A stretch of DNA of 63,594 nucleotides, the filler included, from Octopus bimaculoides (lineage: Eukaryota), in NCBI RefSeq assembly GCF_001194135.2. It is 7 parts of 6 records of this genome, joined end to end, with 100 filler letters (N's around TTAATTAATTAA, not from the genome) between each part and the next. Parts side by side here need not be neighbours in the genome. Positions count along the whole stretch, not along the records: positions 34,425 to 54,805 come from NC_068989.1; positions 54,906 to 60,582 come from NC_068984.1; positions 60,683 to 62,355 come from NC_068986.1; positions 62,456 to 63,594 come from NW_026375832.1; 3 more parts are not named here. One strand, written 5' to 3'. Within the stretch, counting starts at the first letter, position 1, and every line of letters begins with the position of its first letter. The notes below the pieces were generated by a model. It was not told the DNA's origin. It did not search any database and worked only from the letters and a program-made list of their open reading frames with translations. This document shows positions 52,162 through 63,594 of this stretch, piece by piece. The position numbers and the translations under genes were made by a program.

Positions 52162-53154
52162 TGCGTGCAATAACAGTTTGACTCAGCTCTATATAACAAA
52201 GTTTCGTGGGGAAATGAAAGAATGAGAACGCACATGTATAAAACATACCTACCTACATATGTACATTTAGCCATGAAACCATCCATCCATCCATCCAACC
52301 ATCCATCCATCCAACCATCCATCCATCCAACCATCCGTCCATCAGATATACATACGTACATCTATATATACATGCACACATTCATCCACCATACATCTAT
52401 CCAGCCACCATCCACCATCCATCCATCCGTTGTCCGTCCGTCCGTCCGATCGACCGGCTGTCTGTCCATATATACGTACACATTTCTTTCCATTTCATAC
52501 ATACATACATACAAACATCCGTCCGTCCATACACACACACACACATACACACCTAATACATACATACATACATACATACATACATACATACATACATACA
52601 NNNNNNNNNNACATACATACATACATACATACATACATACATACATACATACATACCCCGATTCGCACGTTATAACTTGAAACTGTCATGGAGGACGCGT
52701 GTGACATTCCATTTCCCACTTCCCACTCCGCACACTTCCTTGTCGTCTGCCTTGCTTCTGGCAATAATTATTAATTAATAATTAGTGTATTTAAAGGGTA
52801 ACAGCAATAAGGACAGCGCCAACGTCAGTAACAGAATCGCAACAACAATTACAACAACAACAACAGCAGAAATTTCGCTTTGCTATACTGTTGTGTGTAT
52901 ACGTGTATGTGCGTATACATGTATGTATGTAAATACGCACACGCACACACACCCGCGTCCCTCCTACACACACACACACACACACACTCACTTAGACGTG
53001 TGCTTATAAAAGCTAGAGAGAACTGGTTGTTTTAGATAAATAGGGAAATAATGATTGTTCCGGACATTTATGCTTCCATTCAGATACTGAAAGACATTAA
53101 TAGGTTTCATATTTATCATATAACACACGCATACATAAATTAAAACATGTATAT

Positions 53155-53420
53155 AGGCGCATGCGTGACTGGGCTGTGTGGTAAGAAACTTGCTTCTCAA
53201 CCAGATAGTTCCGGGTTCAGTCCTACTGCGTGGTATCTTCGGCAACTGTCCTCTACTCTAGCCTCGGGCCGACCGAAGCCTTGTGAGTGGATTTGGTAGA
53301 CGGAAACTGAAAGAAGCTTGTCGTATATGTGTATATATAAAAATGTGTGTGGGCGTGCGTGCGTCTTTGTGTCTGTCTTTGCCCCTCCACTACCACTACC
53401 ACCACTTGACAACCGGTGGT
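53155..53420 (+). mobile_element. SINE family A, 5' two-thirds
   Basis: Colinear with 9419-9680. Confidence 0.88.
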
Positions 53421-54434
53421 AGTGAATGGCAGAAAGAGTACGATCGTGAATGCTAGTAGCCGAAGTGGGGTTCCTCCAAAGGATCTCCTGATTAACGTTA
53501 CTTTTTCATTGTAAGGCTCATCAGTAGTGTATATATATATATTAAAATTTGGGAATTTTCTGCTATTTAAGGAATATTTTACAGAACACTACTAACGTGT
53601 ATAAAACCAATAACTTTCTGTTACTGATTTCCCTGTCACCTGCTGATGACGGTCCATCTTGTGCAATCGTACACAATCCCCTAAACTCAAACTGAATTTA
53701 TCTGTATTACACGTTAGATTCTAGTGAACTGGGTTTTTGTTTTAAATTTTAAAAAAATTTTAATGACTTTGAAATGACAAAAAGAAAAGATGGTTACGAA
53801 TATTTTTTTTAAATATATCGTATCATGACACTGCGTGACGTTGTGCTATCGTCGATCAACTAAGCTTGTATACGACTCGAGTGTAATGTTGTGAATATGT
53901 ATTCTTAAGATGCACAATGTCAGTGCCTCTGTGCTGTTAAATGTGATTAAGTTGCTATCTCACCAATTATAGGACGCCTTCGAGATTTTATTTCAGGATG
54001 AAATGCATGCCCGGCAGAGTGTTAAGGTTGCGTGGGTATGAGGATTGTGTGCAGAAGATAAAAAGAAGGGTGAGGAGTGGTGTCATATGAGGATTGTGTG
54101 ACTTGTTGATGACAAGTGATTAGGTTGTATTACGCATGAAATTGCGTAAATGAGACTAACACATTTCGATGCATTAAGAAAAGCTAGACAAACTATTACG
54201 CAGTGAATATGCAGTAACAATGAATAAAAGGAGGGGGAAAGACAATGCAAGGAAAATATATGTTAGATTATTTAAACATTTAAGCTATTCAAAGTTTTCA
54301 TTGCAATTCATGTTAAGAAATAAAGTCTATCTCAGTAAGACGATCTTCTGAGCAAGAAATAAAATAGAAGTGTGTCTCGTTGTTGACTGACATTTGTCGT
54401 AAATATTGTTGTAGGAAGATTTCACTGTCTAATG

Positions 54435-54474
54435 CAGGGGTTCTCAACCGGGGTCCATATGGTCATTGGGTCCC
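54435..54474. mobile_element. hAT MITE left end, truncated by a SINE A insertion
   Basis: CAGGGGTTCTCAACCGGGGTCC resembles the TIR at 37840. Confidence 0.55.
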
Positions 54475-54805
54475 TTTACTCTTTTACTCTTTTACTTGTT
54501 TCTGTCATTTGACTGCGGCCATGCTGGAGCACCGCCTTTAGTCGAGCAAATCGACCCCAGGACTCATTCTTTGTAAGCCTAATACTTATTCTATCGGTCT
54601 CTTTTGCCGAACCGCTAAGTTACGGGGACGTAAACACACCAGCATCGGTTGTCAAGCGATGTTGGTGGGGACAAACACAGACACACAAACATATATATAC
54701 ATATATACAACGGTCTTCTTTCAGTTTCCGTCTACCAAATCCACTCACAAGGCTTTGGTCGGCCCGAGGCTATAGTAGAAGACACCTGCCCAAAGTGCCA
54801 CGCAG
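54475..54805 (-). mobile_element. SINE family A, head in gap
   Basis: Reverse complement of family A including the (TTTTACTC)n end. Confidence 0.93.
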
Positions 54806-54905
54806 NNNNNNNNNNNNNNNNNNNNNNNNNNNNNNNNNNNNNNNNNNNNTTAATTAATTAANNNNNNNNNNNNNNNNNNNNNNNNNNNNNNNNNNNNNNN
54901 NNNNN

Positions 54906-55139
54906 ACATAAAAGACACCATTTCGAGCGTGGCCGTTTTCGTGCGGGTGACACGTAAAAGCACCCACTACACTCTCTGAGTGGTTGGCGTTAGGAAGGGC
55001 ATCCAGCTGTAGAAACTCTGCCAAATTAGATTGGAGCCTGGTGTTGCCATCCGGTTTCACCAGTCCTCAGTCAAATCGTCCAACCCATGCTAGCATGGAA
55101 AGCGGACGTTAAACGATGATGATGATGATGATGATGATG
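54906..55139 (+). mobile_element. SINE family F, 3' part (RTE-like GGTTGGCGTTAGGAAGGGCATCC segment, (GAT)n tail)
   Basis: About 3 mismatches over ~215 nt against the reverse complement of 60311-60545. Confidence 0.9.
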
Positions 55140-55619
55140 TATATACACATGGCACTCTGTTGGTTACAACTAGATGAAATATAGAGCCACAACTTGATGA
55201 AATCTCCAAGCACAAGTCTCTGATGTCTAAGTGGCTAAAAAGTATCAGCAAATACATCCCGGTGTAATGACCTGAATGTAGTCTGGCCTCCTTAAAGTAT
55301 AAGAAGTTAAGGGCTGAAATACTTGCTTGAGTGGGTGTTTCTTCTCCGAAGACCTCCTGTTGTTCAGCTCTCTTGAGAGTTTCCTACCACTCAATAATAA
55401 AAATAATTTCTAACATAGACACAAGACATAGGCTTTGACATCACATGACAGTTGTATGGCAGTGTCACTGTAATGCAAGTTGTGTCCTTCACTTCCAATA
55501 CTATGTGAAAGCATGTGTGGTTATGGAGAGATGTTGCCTTACTAGGAAACAGGTGATGGGTAGCAACAGGACAGACATTTGGTTGCCTCAGCAATTTCTG
55601 GAAAAGCATGGAAAAGTGG

Positions 55620-55990
55620 ATAGGTGCAGGAGCGGCTGTGTGGTAAGTCGCTTGCTTACCAGCCACATAGTTCTGGGTTCAGTCCCACTGTGTGGCACCT
55701 TGGGCAAGTGTCTTCTTCTATAGCCTCAGGCCAGCCAAAGCCTTGTGAGTGGATTTGGTAGACGGAAACTGAAAAAAGCCCATCTCATATATATATGTGT
55801 GTTTGTCCCCACAAACTTGACAAATGCTGATGTGTTTATATCCCCGTAACTTAGCAGTTTGCTAAAAGAGACTGATAGAATAAGTACTATGCTTACAAAG
55901 AATATGTCCAGGGGTCAATTTGCTCAACTAAAGGCGGTGCTCCAGCATAGCTGCAGTCAAATGACTGAAAGAAGTAAAAGAATAAAAGAA
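55620..55990 (+). mobile_element. SINE family A, full length, strongly CpG-decayed
   Basis: Colinear with family A; many CG>TG/CA changes. Confidence 0.9.
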
Positions 55991-56104
55991 TTAAAACGAT
56001 GATGATAATGTTATTAAATAATTGGAAGAAGAGATTACAAGTGAGAGGTGCTGACTGTTCCAACTGACCTAAAGATAAAGTTATGCTTATCATTATACAG
56101 ACCA

Positions 56105-56325
56105 AATAAGGGTAGGAGCTGGCCGAATCATTAACTGGTTGGACAAAATGCTTAGCAGCGTTTCTTCCTGCTCTTTATGTTCTGAGTTCAAATTCCACTG
56201 AGGTTAGTTTTGCTTTTCATTTTTTCAAGGTGAGTAAAATAAGTACCAGTTGATCACTGAGGTCAATGTAATTGACTATACCCCTTCCTTAAAATTTCTG
56301 GCTTTTGCTAAACTTTGAAACTGTC
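56105..56325 (+). mobile_element. SINE family B, CpG-decayed
   Basis: GGACAAAATGCTTAGCAGC..CTGAGTTCAAATTCCACTGAGG. Confidence 0.8.
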
Positions 56326-57747
56326 ATTTTACAGACTGATCCTAGCCAAGTTGGCCTGGAAACAAAATAAGCTTGAAAAGGAACCACAAAAATACTATAA
56401 TGTGTTAGAAACTCTAATGATGATGATGGTGTGAGCAGAAATTTTTAATTCCATTTTATTGAATTATTTTGGCTTTTGGCTTAGATACAGAAACCACAAA
56501 TCTATAGGAGATGGAAATGCAAGATTATAACCTGAAGATGCAAAAGTTCAGGAAAGAGATCAATAAAAGCTCCATTTAAAAAATCAGAAACAGTGTTTCC
56601 TTTAAGGAATCTATTGACCCAAGAAGTCGTCCTCAATTTTAGTTTTATTTGGCTTTAATTTGTAGCAAATGTAAAAGTTCTATAACTAAGTCTTTTGGCT
56701 GAAAGATTCTTAAGGAGAGCATTTATTATTTTTTTCTTTTACTAGGGCAATGGATTGATACAGTCATTAGGACATTGAACAAAATACTCTGCAAAACTTA
56801 CTTCATCTCTTCATGTTCTGAGATCGAATCCTGCCATGGTCAACTTTGACATTCATCCCTTTAGGGCTAATAAAATAAAGTAGCAGCCAAGTTATGGGCT
56901 CAGTGTAATTAAGTTACCCCTCCCCTCAAAACTGCTGCGACTTTGTGCCTAAATTAGAAGGAATTTAATTTACTCTATTACTGGTTTTGGTCATTGCAAT
57001 GTGGTTATGCTGGATTATTACAGTCAAAGCTTCAGTCAGTAGCATTGACCCCCACCCCACCCTACCCCTAGTATTTATTTATTGATCTCAGAGATATGAA
57101 AAGCAAAGCAGACCTAGGTCTGACCATCACAATCTCTCATTTTTAACTCTCTGCTAAATGATGGTCTTGTACCAAAGTTAGAGGCCATTATTAAGTATGT
57201 AATATAATTGAGTGGAAAAGGAATCAGATAATTTTCCCTTTCTATGAGAAAGATAGAAGAATATATGGTCTTCAATGAGTAAAACTTTGGCGAGGGTGAA
57301 CAAGAAGTTATGTGAAACATTCCATAAGTAATATGGTCTAATTTAACCCTTTTGATACCAACCTGCATGAGACTGCCCCTATTTCTATAATATAAATTTG
57401 CTGTTTATTGAACTAAATTAAAACCTTCCCCCAAAATTCTGTGTCATTTTCCCAAACACCAGCTTAAAAATGACTGAATTATTTACTAGATTCTTCATAT
57501 TTTCAAAATCAATTCCATGAGGGATGTAGTCTAATTTAACCCTTTTAATACTAGCTTAGCTGAAATTGTCCCTAGTTCTATGACATAAACATACTGTTTT
57601 AACTAAGCTAAATTAAAACCTTCCTTCAAAATTCCATGTTATTTATGTCCCAAATACCAGCTTAAAAGTGATTAAATTATTTTACTAAATTCTCCATTAC
57701 TTTCAAAATTAATTAAAGCAAAAAAATGCAGTGCATTTTAACAGTTT

Positions 57748-58069
57748 GTTGGCACTCCGTCGCTTACGACGACGAGGGTTCCAGTTGATCTGATCAACAG
57801 AACAGCCTGCTCATGAAATTAAAATGCAAGTGGCTGAGCACTCCACAGACACGTGTACCCTTAACGTAGTTCTCAGGGATATTTAGCGTGATATAGTGTG
57901 ACAAGGCTGACCCTTTGAAATACAGGTACAACAGAAACAGGAAGAAGGAGTGAGAGAAAGTTGTGGTGAAAGAGTACAGCAGGGTTCGCCACCACCCCCT
58001 GCCGGAGCCTCGTGAAGCTTTAGGTGTTTTCGCTCAATAAACACTCACAACGCCCGGTCTGGGAATCGA
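57748..58069 (-). mobile_element. SINE family C, head in gap
   Basis: Colinear with 47487-47780. Confidence 0.92.
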
Positions 58070-58213
58070 NNNNNNNNNNNNNNNNNNNNNNNNNNNNNNN
58101 NNNNNNNNNNNNNNNNNNNNNNNNNNNNNNNNNNNNNNNNNNNNNNNNNNNNNNNNNNNNNNNNNNNNNNNNNNNNNNNNNNNNNNNNNNNNNNNNNNNN
58201 NNNNNNNNNNNNN

Positions 58214-58554
58214 TTTAGTCGAGCAAATCGACCCCAGGACTTATTCTTTAGAAGCCTAGTACTTATTCTATCTGTCTCTATTGCCGAACCGCTAAGTTAC
58301 GGGGACATAAACACACCAGCATCGGTTGTCAAGCGATGTTGTGGGGACAAACACAGACACACAAACACATACATATATATATACATATTTACGACGGGCT
58401 TCTTTCAGTTTCTGTCTACCAAATCCACTCACAAGGCTTTGGTCGGCCCGAGGCTATAGTAGAAGACACTTGCCCAAGATGCCACGCAGTGGGACTGAAC
58501 CCGGGACCATGTGGTCGGTAAGCAAGTTACTTACCACACAGCCACTCCTACGCC
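58214..58554 (-). mobile_element. SINE family A
   Basis: Reverse complement of family A. Confidence 0.93.
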
Positions 58555-58700
58555 TATAAATATGGTAAAAAAAGAGTTAAATGTTTTAAATTTGCTGAAA
58601 CCTGAATAAAATAATGAATGAAATTCTTTGAAAACAACAAAACAGCTTCCTTGAGATATTAACAATTAAAAACTTGCTGTTTGTATGTTTTCCTGTTTAG

Positions 58701-58844
58701 GTGTTAGTCCTGGATTCACTAATTGCTTGGGCTGGAGTAATTGATGAGCTGGATTTCTCCAAACGTTTGAAATATTGGTCTAAACATGGTTTTCCAGAGT
58801 TGAATGATACCAAAGGAACTGTTCCCAGTTTTACGATCCAAGAG
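58701..58844 (+). CDS. internal exon of an ADP-ribosylglycohydrolase (ARH/DraG/Tri1-like) family gene
   Basis: Acceptor TTTTCCTGTTTAG, donor GAG|GTCTGT, 144 nt, phase 0-0. VLVLDSLIAWAGVIDELDFSKRLKYWSKHGFPELNDTKG matches the LIL.SL...G.VD..DFA.RL..W...GFPELGD segment that follows the metal-binding WTDD motif in this family. Other exons not found. Confidence 0.75.
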
Positions 58845-58964
58845 GTCTGTATTGTTTCCCTGTCCCTTGGAAATTTTCATTTCATTGAAACCAGAATTTG
58901 ATGAGGTTTCATTAAATTTCAACATGTATGAATTTCATGAATTATTAATTGTATTACTAATAGA

Positions 58965-59095
58965 TGGAAGTGGGGCCTGGTACAGCCTTCTGGCTTGTGG
59001 GGCCTGGTACAGCCTTCTGGCTTGCCAGCCCTCGGTCAAACCATCCAACCTATGCCAGCATGGAAAGCAGACGTTAAACAATGATGATGAAGAAG
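58965..59095 (+). mobile_element. SINE family F, 3' fragment with a 27-bp tandem duplication
   Basis: TGGGGCCTGGTACAGCCTTCTGGCTTG at 58971-58997 and 58998-59024; ends CCAGCATGGAAAGCAGACGTTAAACAATGATGATG. Confidence 0.8.
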
Positions 59096-59383
59096 TCGTT
59101 ACTTGTAGATTATAAGCTAGTGACAGTCCCTATGCAGTTGCTCACTCTGCTAGAAATAATTGCCAGACTTCCCACAAATCCTCTATAAAAAAAGGAAGTA
59201 TATTTTGAGTAATGTAGTCCTAGATGGAATGGATGATTGCAAAGCCTTTGATCATAAGTTTGTTGAATCAGAAGTTAACAATAACTACTAGATTACTATT
59301 ATTACTACTGCAAGAGATATAATGTTACTACCACAACTAATGCAACACAGTTTTCCATCTTTCTTTGTTTAAATAGAAAAGAT

Positions 59384-59690
59384 CATCATCATCGTTTAAC
59401 GCCTGTCTTCCATGCTGGCATGGGTCGGATGGTTGACAGGAGCCGACCAGGTAGAAGACTACCCCAGGCCACTGTATCTGTTTTGGCATGGTCTTTATGG
59501 CTGGATGCCCTTCCTAACACCAACCACTCCACAGAATGGACTGAGTGCTTTTTACATGGCACCAGCAGAGGTGAGGTTAGTTTTGGCATGATTTTTACAG
59601 TGTGGACTGGATATTTTTTATGTGGAACCAGCACCGGCAGGGTCACCAAGTAACTTGCAAGATGAAGAATTTTGAGAAGAGCAGGGGCAT
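59384..59690 (-). mobile_element. SINE family F-related copy
   Basis: CATCATCGTTTAACG..GGATGCCCTTCCTAACACCAACC. Confidence 0.85.
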
Positions 59691-59864
59691 TGGAGGAGGC
59701 GATCTTGTGTCATGATGAAAGATTAGAGAAAATTGTAAAATCAAAATTAAGTCCATATGGTTGTAACTACCATCTCCATTCTTTCTCATCAATGTAACAC
59801 TCCACCATAACTTGCTGATATAGTCTGTCAACTATCCTATATTGGCCATCTTAAGCAGCAAGTT

Positions 59865-60300
59865 ATAGAATCATTAACATGCCGAGCAAAATGCTTAGCA
59901 TCATTTTGTCTGTCTTCACTTTGTGAATTCAAATTCCGTCAAGATTGGCTTTACCTTTCATCTTCTTGAGGTCAATGAAATAAGTAACAGTTGTGCATTT
60001 GGGGTGATGTAATCAACTCCCCCCCCCCACACACACACACAAAATTGCTGGCCTTGTGCCAAAATTTGAAACCAGTATTTATTTGGACATCTGAAGTCAT
60101 AGACACTTAGACAAAGTCTGCAATTTCAAGGAAGGGGGTAAATCAATTGCATCGACTTCAGTACTCAACTGGTACTTATTTTATCAGCTCTAAAAGGATG
60201 AAAGACAAAGTTGACCATGGCAGAATTTGAACTCAGAACATAAAAATTCATAGCATTTTGCCCCCAATGTGCTAATAACTCTGCCAACTCGCTGCCTTAA
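59865..60300. mobile_element. tail-to-tail inverted pair of family B SINEs (+ 59865-60080, - 60095-60300)
   Basis: GAATTCAAATTCC core on + and GAATTTGAACTCAGAAC on -. Confidence 0.8.
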
Positions 60301-60310
60301 TAATAATAAT

Positions 60311-60582
60311 CATCATCATCATCATCATCATCGTTTAACGTCCGCTTTCCATGCTAGCATGGGTTGGACGATTTGACTGAGGACTGGTGCAACCGGATGG
60401 CTACACCAGGCTCCAATCTAATTTGGCAGAGTTTCTACAGCTGGATGCCCTTCCTAACGCCAACTACTCAGAGAGTGTAGTGGGTGCTTTTACGTGTCAC
60501 CCGCACGAAAACGGCCACGCTCGAAATGGTGTCTTTTATGTGCCACCCGCACAAGAGCCAGTCCAGGGGCACTGGCAACGAT
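60311..60582 (-). mobile_element. SINE family F, head in gap
   Basis: Near-identical inverted copy of 54906-55139. Confidence 0.92.
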
Positions 60583-61249
60583 NNNNNNNNNNNNNNNNNN
60601 NNNNNNNNNNNNNNNNNNNNNNNNNNTTAATTAATTAANNNNNNNNNNNNNNNNNNNNNNNNNNNNNNNNNNNNNNNNNNNNGATAATGATTGCAGAAGT
60701 GTTTGTCTAGTAATAAATAGTAGCAGAAGTTGTTTAAACTTGTCACAGTCTGACCTCAGGCCTGTCGTGAACCCTGGGTCTCATAAGGCCAGAGCTTAAC
60801 CCAATTTCAATTTCATACAAGTGACACTACCCCCAACCCCAACCCCACCCATCCACTCTGAATAGAACGCCAGTCCGTTGCGGACAGACTGATCTACCTG
60901 CCTAATTTTCCAGTTAACAACCCAAACATACCCATCCAGTCTTTCCTCCAGACATATGCTATCGACAAACAATATGCCTCTCATGTTTTATGAACATCTT
61001 TTCTCTTTGTACATATAAGCCTACATTGTTAAATATCCTTTTTTTTATTCTTCTTATAACGCTAAAAATAATTTGATGCAGATTTAGCTGTTATTTCTGG
61101 CAGGTTAAGAAACTACCTGGTTGTCTCCACGTTGATGTGGAGCGGGTAGGGGTGATAATAAATGTTAACTTACTGAACGTTCCTTCTGTCTGGTGGTCAT
61201 CGTCATAGTTTGATGTGGTGATCACTTAATTACCTTCTCTCGGTGTGAT

Positions 61250-61936
61250 AATTGATGTAGATTCTGTATTATATTTACGATGTATAGTGTATGGTATATA
61301 ATATTGTATGGCAATGTGGTATTTAGCGTGATATATAGTAGGAGGTTTCACACAGTATGTAGTGCGCTAAGTAGTTTCGTGGAGTTTGATATAACGTGGT
61401 ATGCAGTGTGCTATATAATGATATATAGCATAATATATAGTATACTATATAGTGTGATACACTTCTCTCTGTGTGATAATATATATATATATATATATAT
61501 ATAGTATAGTTTATAGTATGGTATACATAGTATGGTACACTTCCTTCGGTGTGATTATGAATATATACAAGGTGTTATTTAATGAGGTATATAGCGTAAT
61601 ATGTATTGCATAGTATATAGAGTGGTAAGCTTCTCTCGATGTAATAATGGGTGTATATTGTATGTTACATATAATGTGTTGTATAATGAAGAATATACTC
61701 TAGTCTAGTGTGATACATAGTACGGTTAAAAGTGTAGTGTTCACTATATTGTGTTATCAATATATAGTATGGCGCAGTGAGGTATAGTATGGTATGACCA
61801 CAGTGTATGTGGAAGTCTGTTTGTAGTGATGGTATGAATAATAGTCTGTGGCTTAGTGCATACCCTGTAGCATAGTATGGTGGTGTACATGAAAGTGTAT
61901 GTATATGTTATATTATATAGTATGCGTATGTGCTAA

Positions 61937-61969
<33 letters not shown>

Positions 61970-62230
61970 ATAGATGTACGTGTGTGCTTGTGTATGAGAA
62001 TTTGCATGTGATGTATGTATGTGATATATGTATACTCGTCAGTAAGATAGTGTTTGTGTTGTGGTACAATGCAATGGTATTTCTCAGTGGTATGATGTTA
62101 TGTAGTATACTGTAATAAAATGCGGTGAGTTTTGGTGTTGCATGGTACGGTGTGCTGGGGTGAGGTATAATGTGGTGGTATATGTAGTTGTTTTATAGTA
62201 TATGGTTTTAGCTAATAATGTTCATACTAA
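61250..62230. repeat. degenerate TAGTA/TGGTA/GTATA low-complexity tract
   Basis: Direct reading; the plus strand is visibly C-poor. Confidence 0.7.
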
Positions 62231-62526
62231 ATCTGCGTGTAAAGAACAAATGTCTCTGTATGTGTATATGTGAATATTTGCGTGCATGTATATGAATATA
62301 TGTGTGTACATATGAATGTATATATGTATGTATATATATATATATATATATATATNNNNNNNNNNNNNNNNNNNNNNNNNNNNNNNNNNNNNNNNNNNNT
62401 TAATTAATTAANNNNNNNNNNNNNNNNNNNNNNNNNNNNNNNNNNNNNNNNNNNNTGTCACATATTTTTACAGATATATATGTATATATATATAAATACA
62501 TATATGTGTATAGAGATATGTATATA

Positions 62527-62691
62527 CGATAAATCCTCGAGTATAGTCCGCCATTGAGTATAATATGCAAGGGATTTTTAAGGGGCTGTACCTCTGCAAA
62601 GCCTAAACCTTGTGTATAATATGCACCCCTTCTCTAACTTGAGTTAAGGAGGTCTATATAATGTCCTTGGTTTGTGAACATATATATACGG
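62527..62691. mobile_element. pogo-type MITE or element terminus
   Basis: TA-CGATAAATCC..repeated GTATAATATGCA subterminal motifs..TACGG-TA. Confidence 0.65.
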
Positions 62692-62859
62692 TAACGTCCT
62701 TTATTATTATTGTATATATAACATAATGCATACGTGTTGCTCTTTTGTGCACTTTGTTAGCAGAAAATAAAGAAATAACTTATAACGTCAGTCAAAAATA
62801 AATATCAAGTAAATTGCCTTTACATATTTATCACTATCAGTTACAAAAGCAAAAGCAAA

Positions 62860-63400
62860 AACATTTATTCAAATCCTTCAAATTCAACATCAAACAACTG
62901 TGCCATTTGTTCCTCCGTAAACATATCAGCATCATTGTAGTGTAAAAATCCGTTATTGTCAGATTCATAGTGAACATCAGAAGATTCACTTTCATTTATT
63001 TTATCTTTCCATACAACATCATCCTGAGTACCATCCAGTGTAAACGATACACAACATTTGATAAAACTTTTCACAATAATCTGGGGATCAAGTTTATTCC
63101 ATGCATACACGATACATTTGCACAGCAAAGTCAAATTTTCTTCTGGCGGCCCTATTACCATGCTCTTCAGCATATGATGTAACTTCAAGTTTAAACATAG
63201 CTGAATAAGATCTACGAGGCATTTTATGGGAATGTAATGTCTAAAATGTTTTATTGGAGATTAATGTACAGGTTTAAGTCCCGCTTATAAAAAACCCTAG
63301 TAAAGACCCACAGTAGTTCAAATATTTAATACTGGTATTTAAGTAAGTATCTATTGTTTGCCATGGTAATGATGCAAATTGCCAATACAAACAGCAGGAT
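62860..63400 (-). pseudogene. pogo/Tigger (DDE_1) transposase C-terminal remnant
   Basis: QTIDTYLNTSIK (degenerate QPLD..N..FK), then LCKCIVYAWNKLDPQIIVKSFIKCCVSFTLDGTQDD (AW..I....I.KSF.KC.I...DG.EDD) and an acidic tail. Confidence 0.85.
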
Positions 63401-63594
63401 GAACTATTTAGCGCTAAACTATTAAGCACAATTCGTGCGTAATTAAACCAGCAACACCTAGTCGAACAAACATAATACAATGGTGATGTTCTTAACTGTT
63501 ATATGGGAATGTAAATATGTTTTCAAATTGTTTTTGTTACATGTTATTCTGTGTTCTGAATACTTTTATTCTAATAAATGTTGCTTACTGCAAG

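Larger units (their letters stand above)
57343..58580. mobile_element. piggyBac-like MITE: tandemly duplicated left portion (57343, 57536) and probable right end (58558-58580), split by SINE C and SINE A
   Basis: TTAA-CCCTTTT(G/A)ATAC twice, ~190 nt apart, with colinear bodies; AATATGGTAAAAAAAGAG-TTAA directly after the SINE A copy. Confidence 0.6.

Overview
AT-rich, gap-riddled animal genomic DNA; the SINE families and microsatellite load point to a coleoid cephalopod, most likely Octopus (inference). Most of the window is non-coding. It holds microsatellites, several SINE families (my labels A, B, C, F), decayed LINE fragments (R4/Dong-like, RTE, CR1-like), Penelope-like element (PLE) remains, hAT/Tigger/mariner/piggyBac-like MITEs and a pogo transposase remnant. 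Nearly all ORFs in the supplied track are microsatellite or gap artefacts. One convincing host exon is visible: 58701-58844 (+), ADP-ribosylglycohydrolase-like. The main finds are: (1) a structurally complete type I hammerhead ribozyme at 35183-35280 (-), plus several degenerate hammerhead motifs in PLE-type termini; (2) a heavily decayed minus-strand reading frame at ~2400-3850 whose motif order resembles a Fanzor1/TnpB-like RuvC protein (low to moderate confidence); (3) a CR1-like LINE 3' end that shares its last ~50 nt with the dominant SINE, identifying a SINE-LINE partnership; (4) near-identical inverted SINEs flanking the host exon inside a CpG-decayed domain. No CRISPR array, rRNA or true tRNA gene is supported. 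All alignments were done by eye and no database searches were run.
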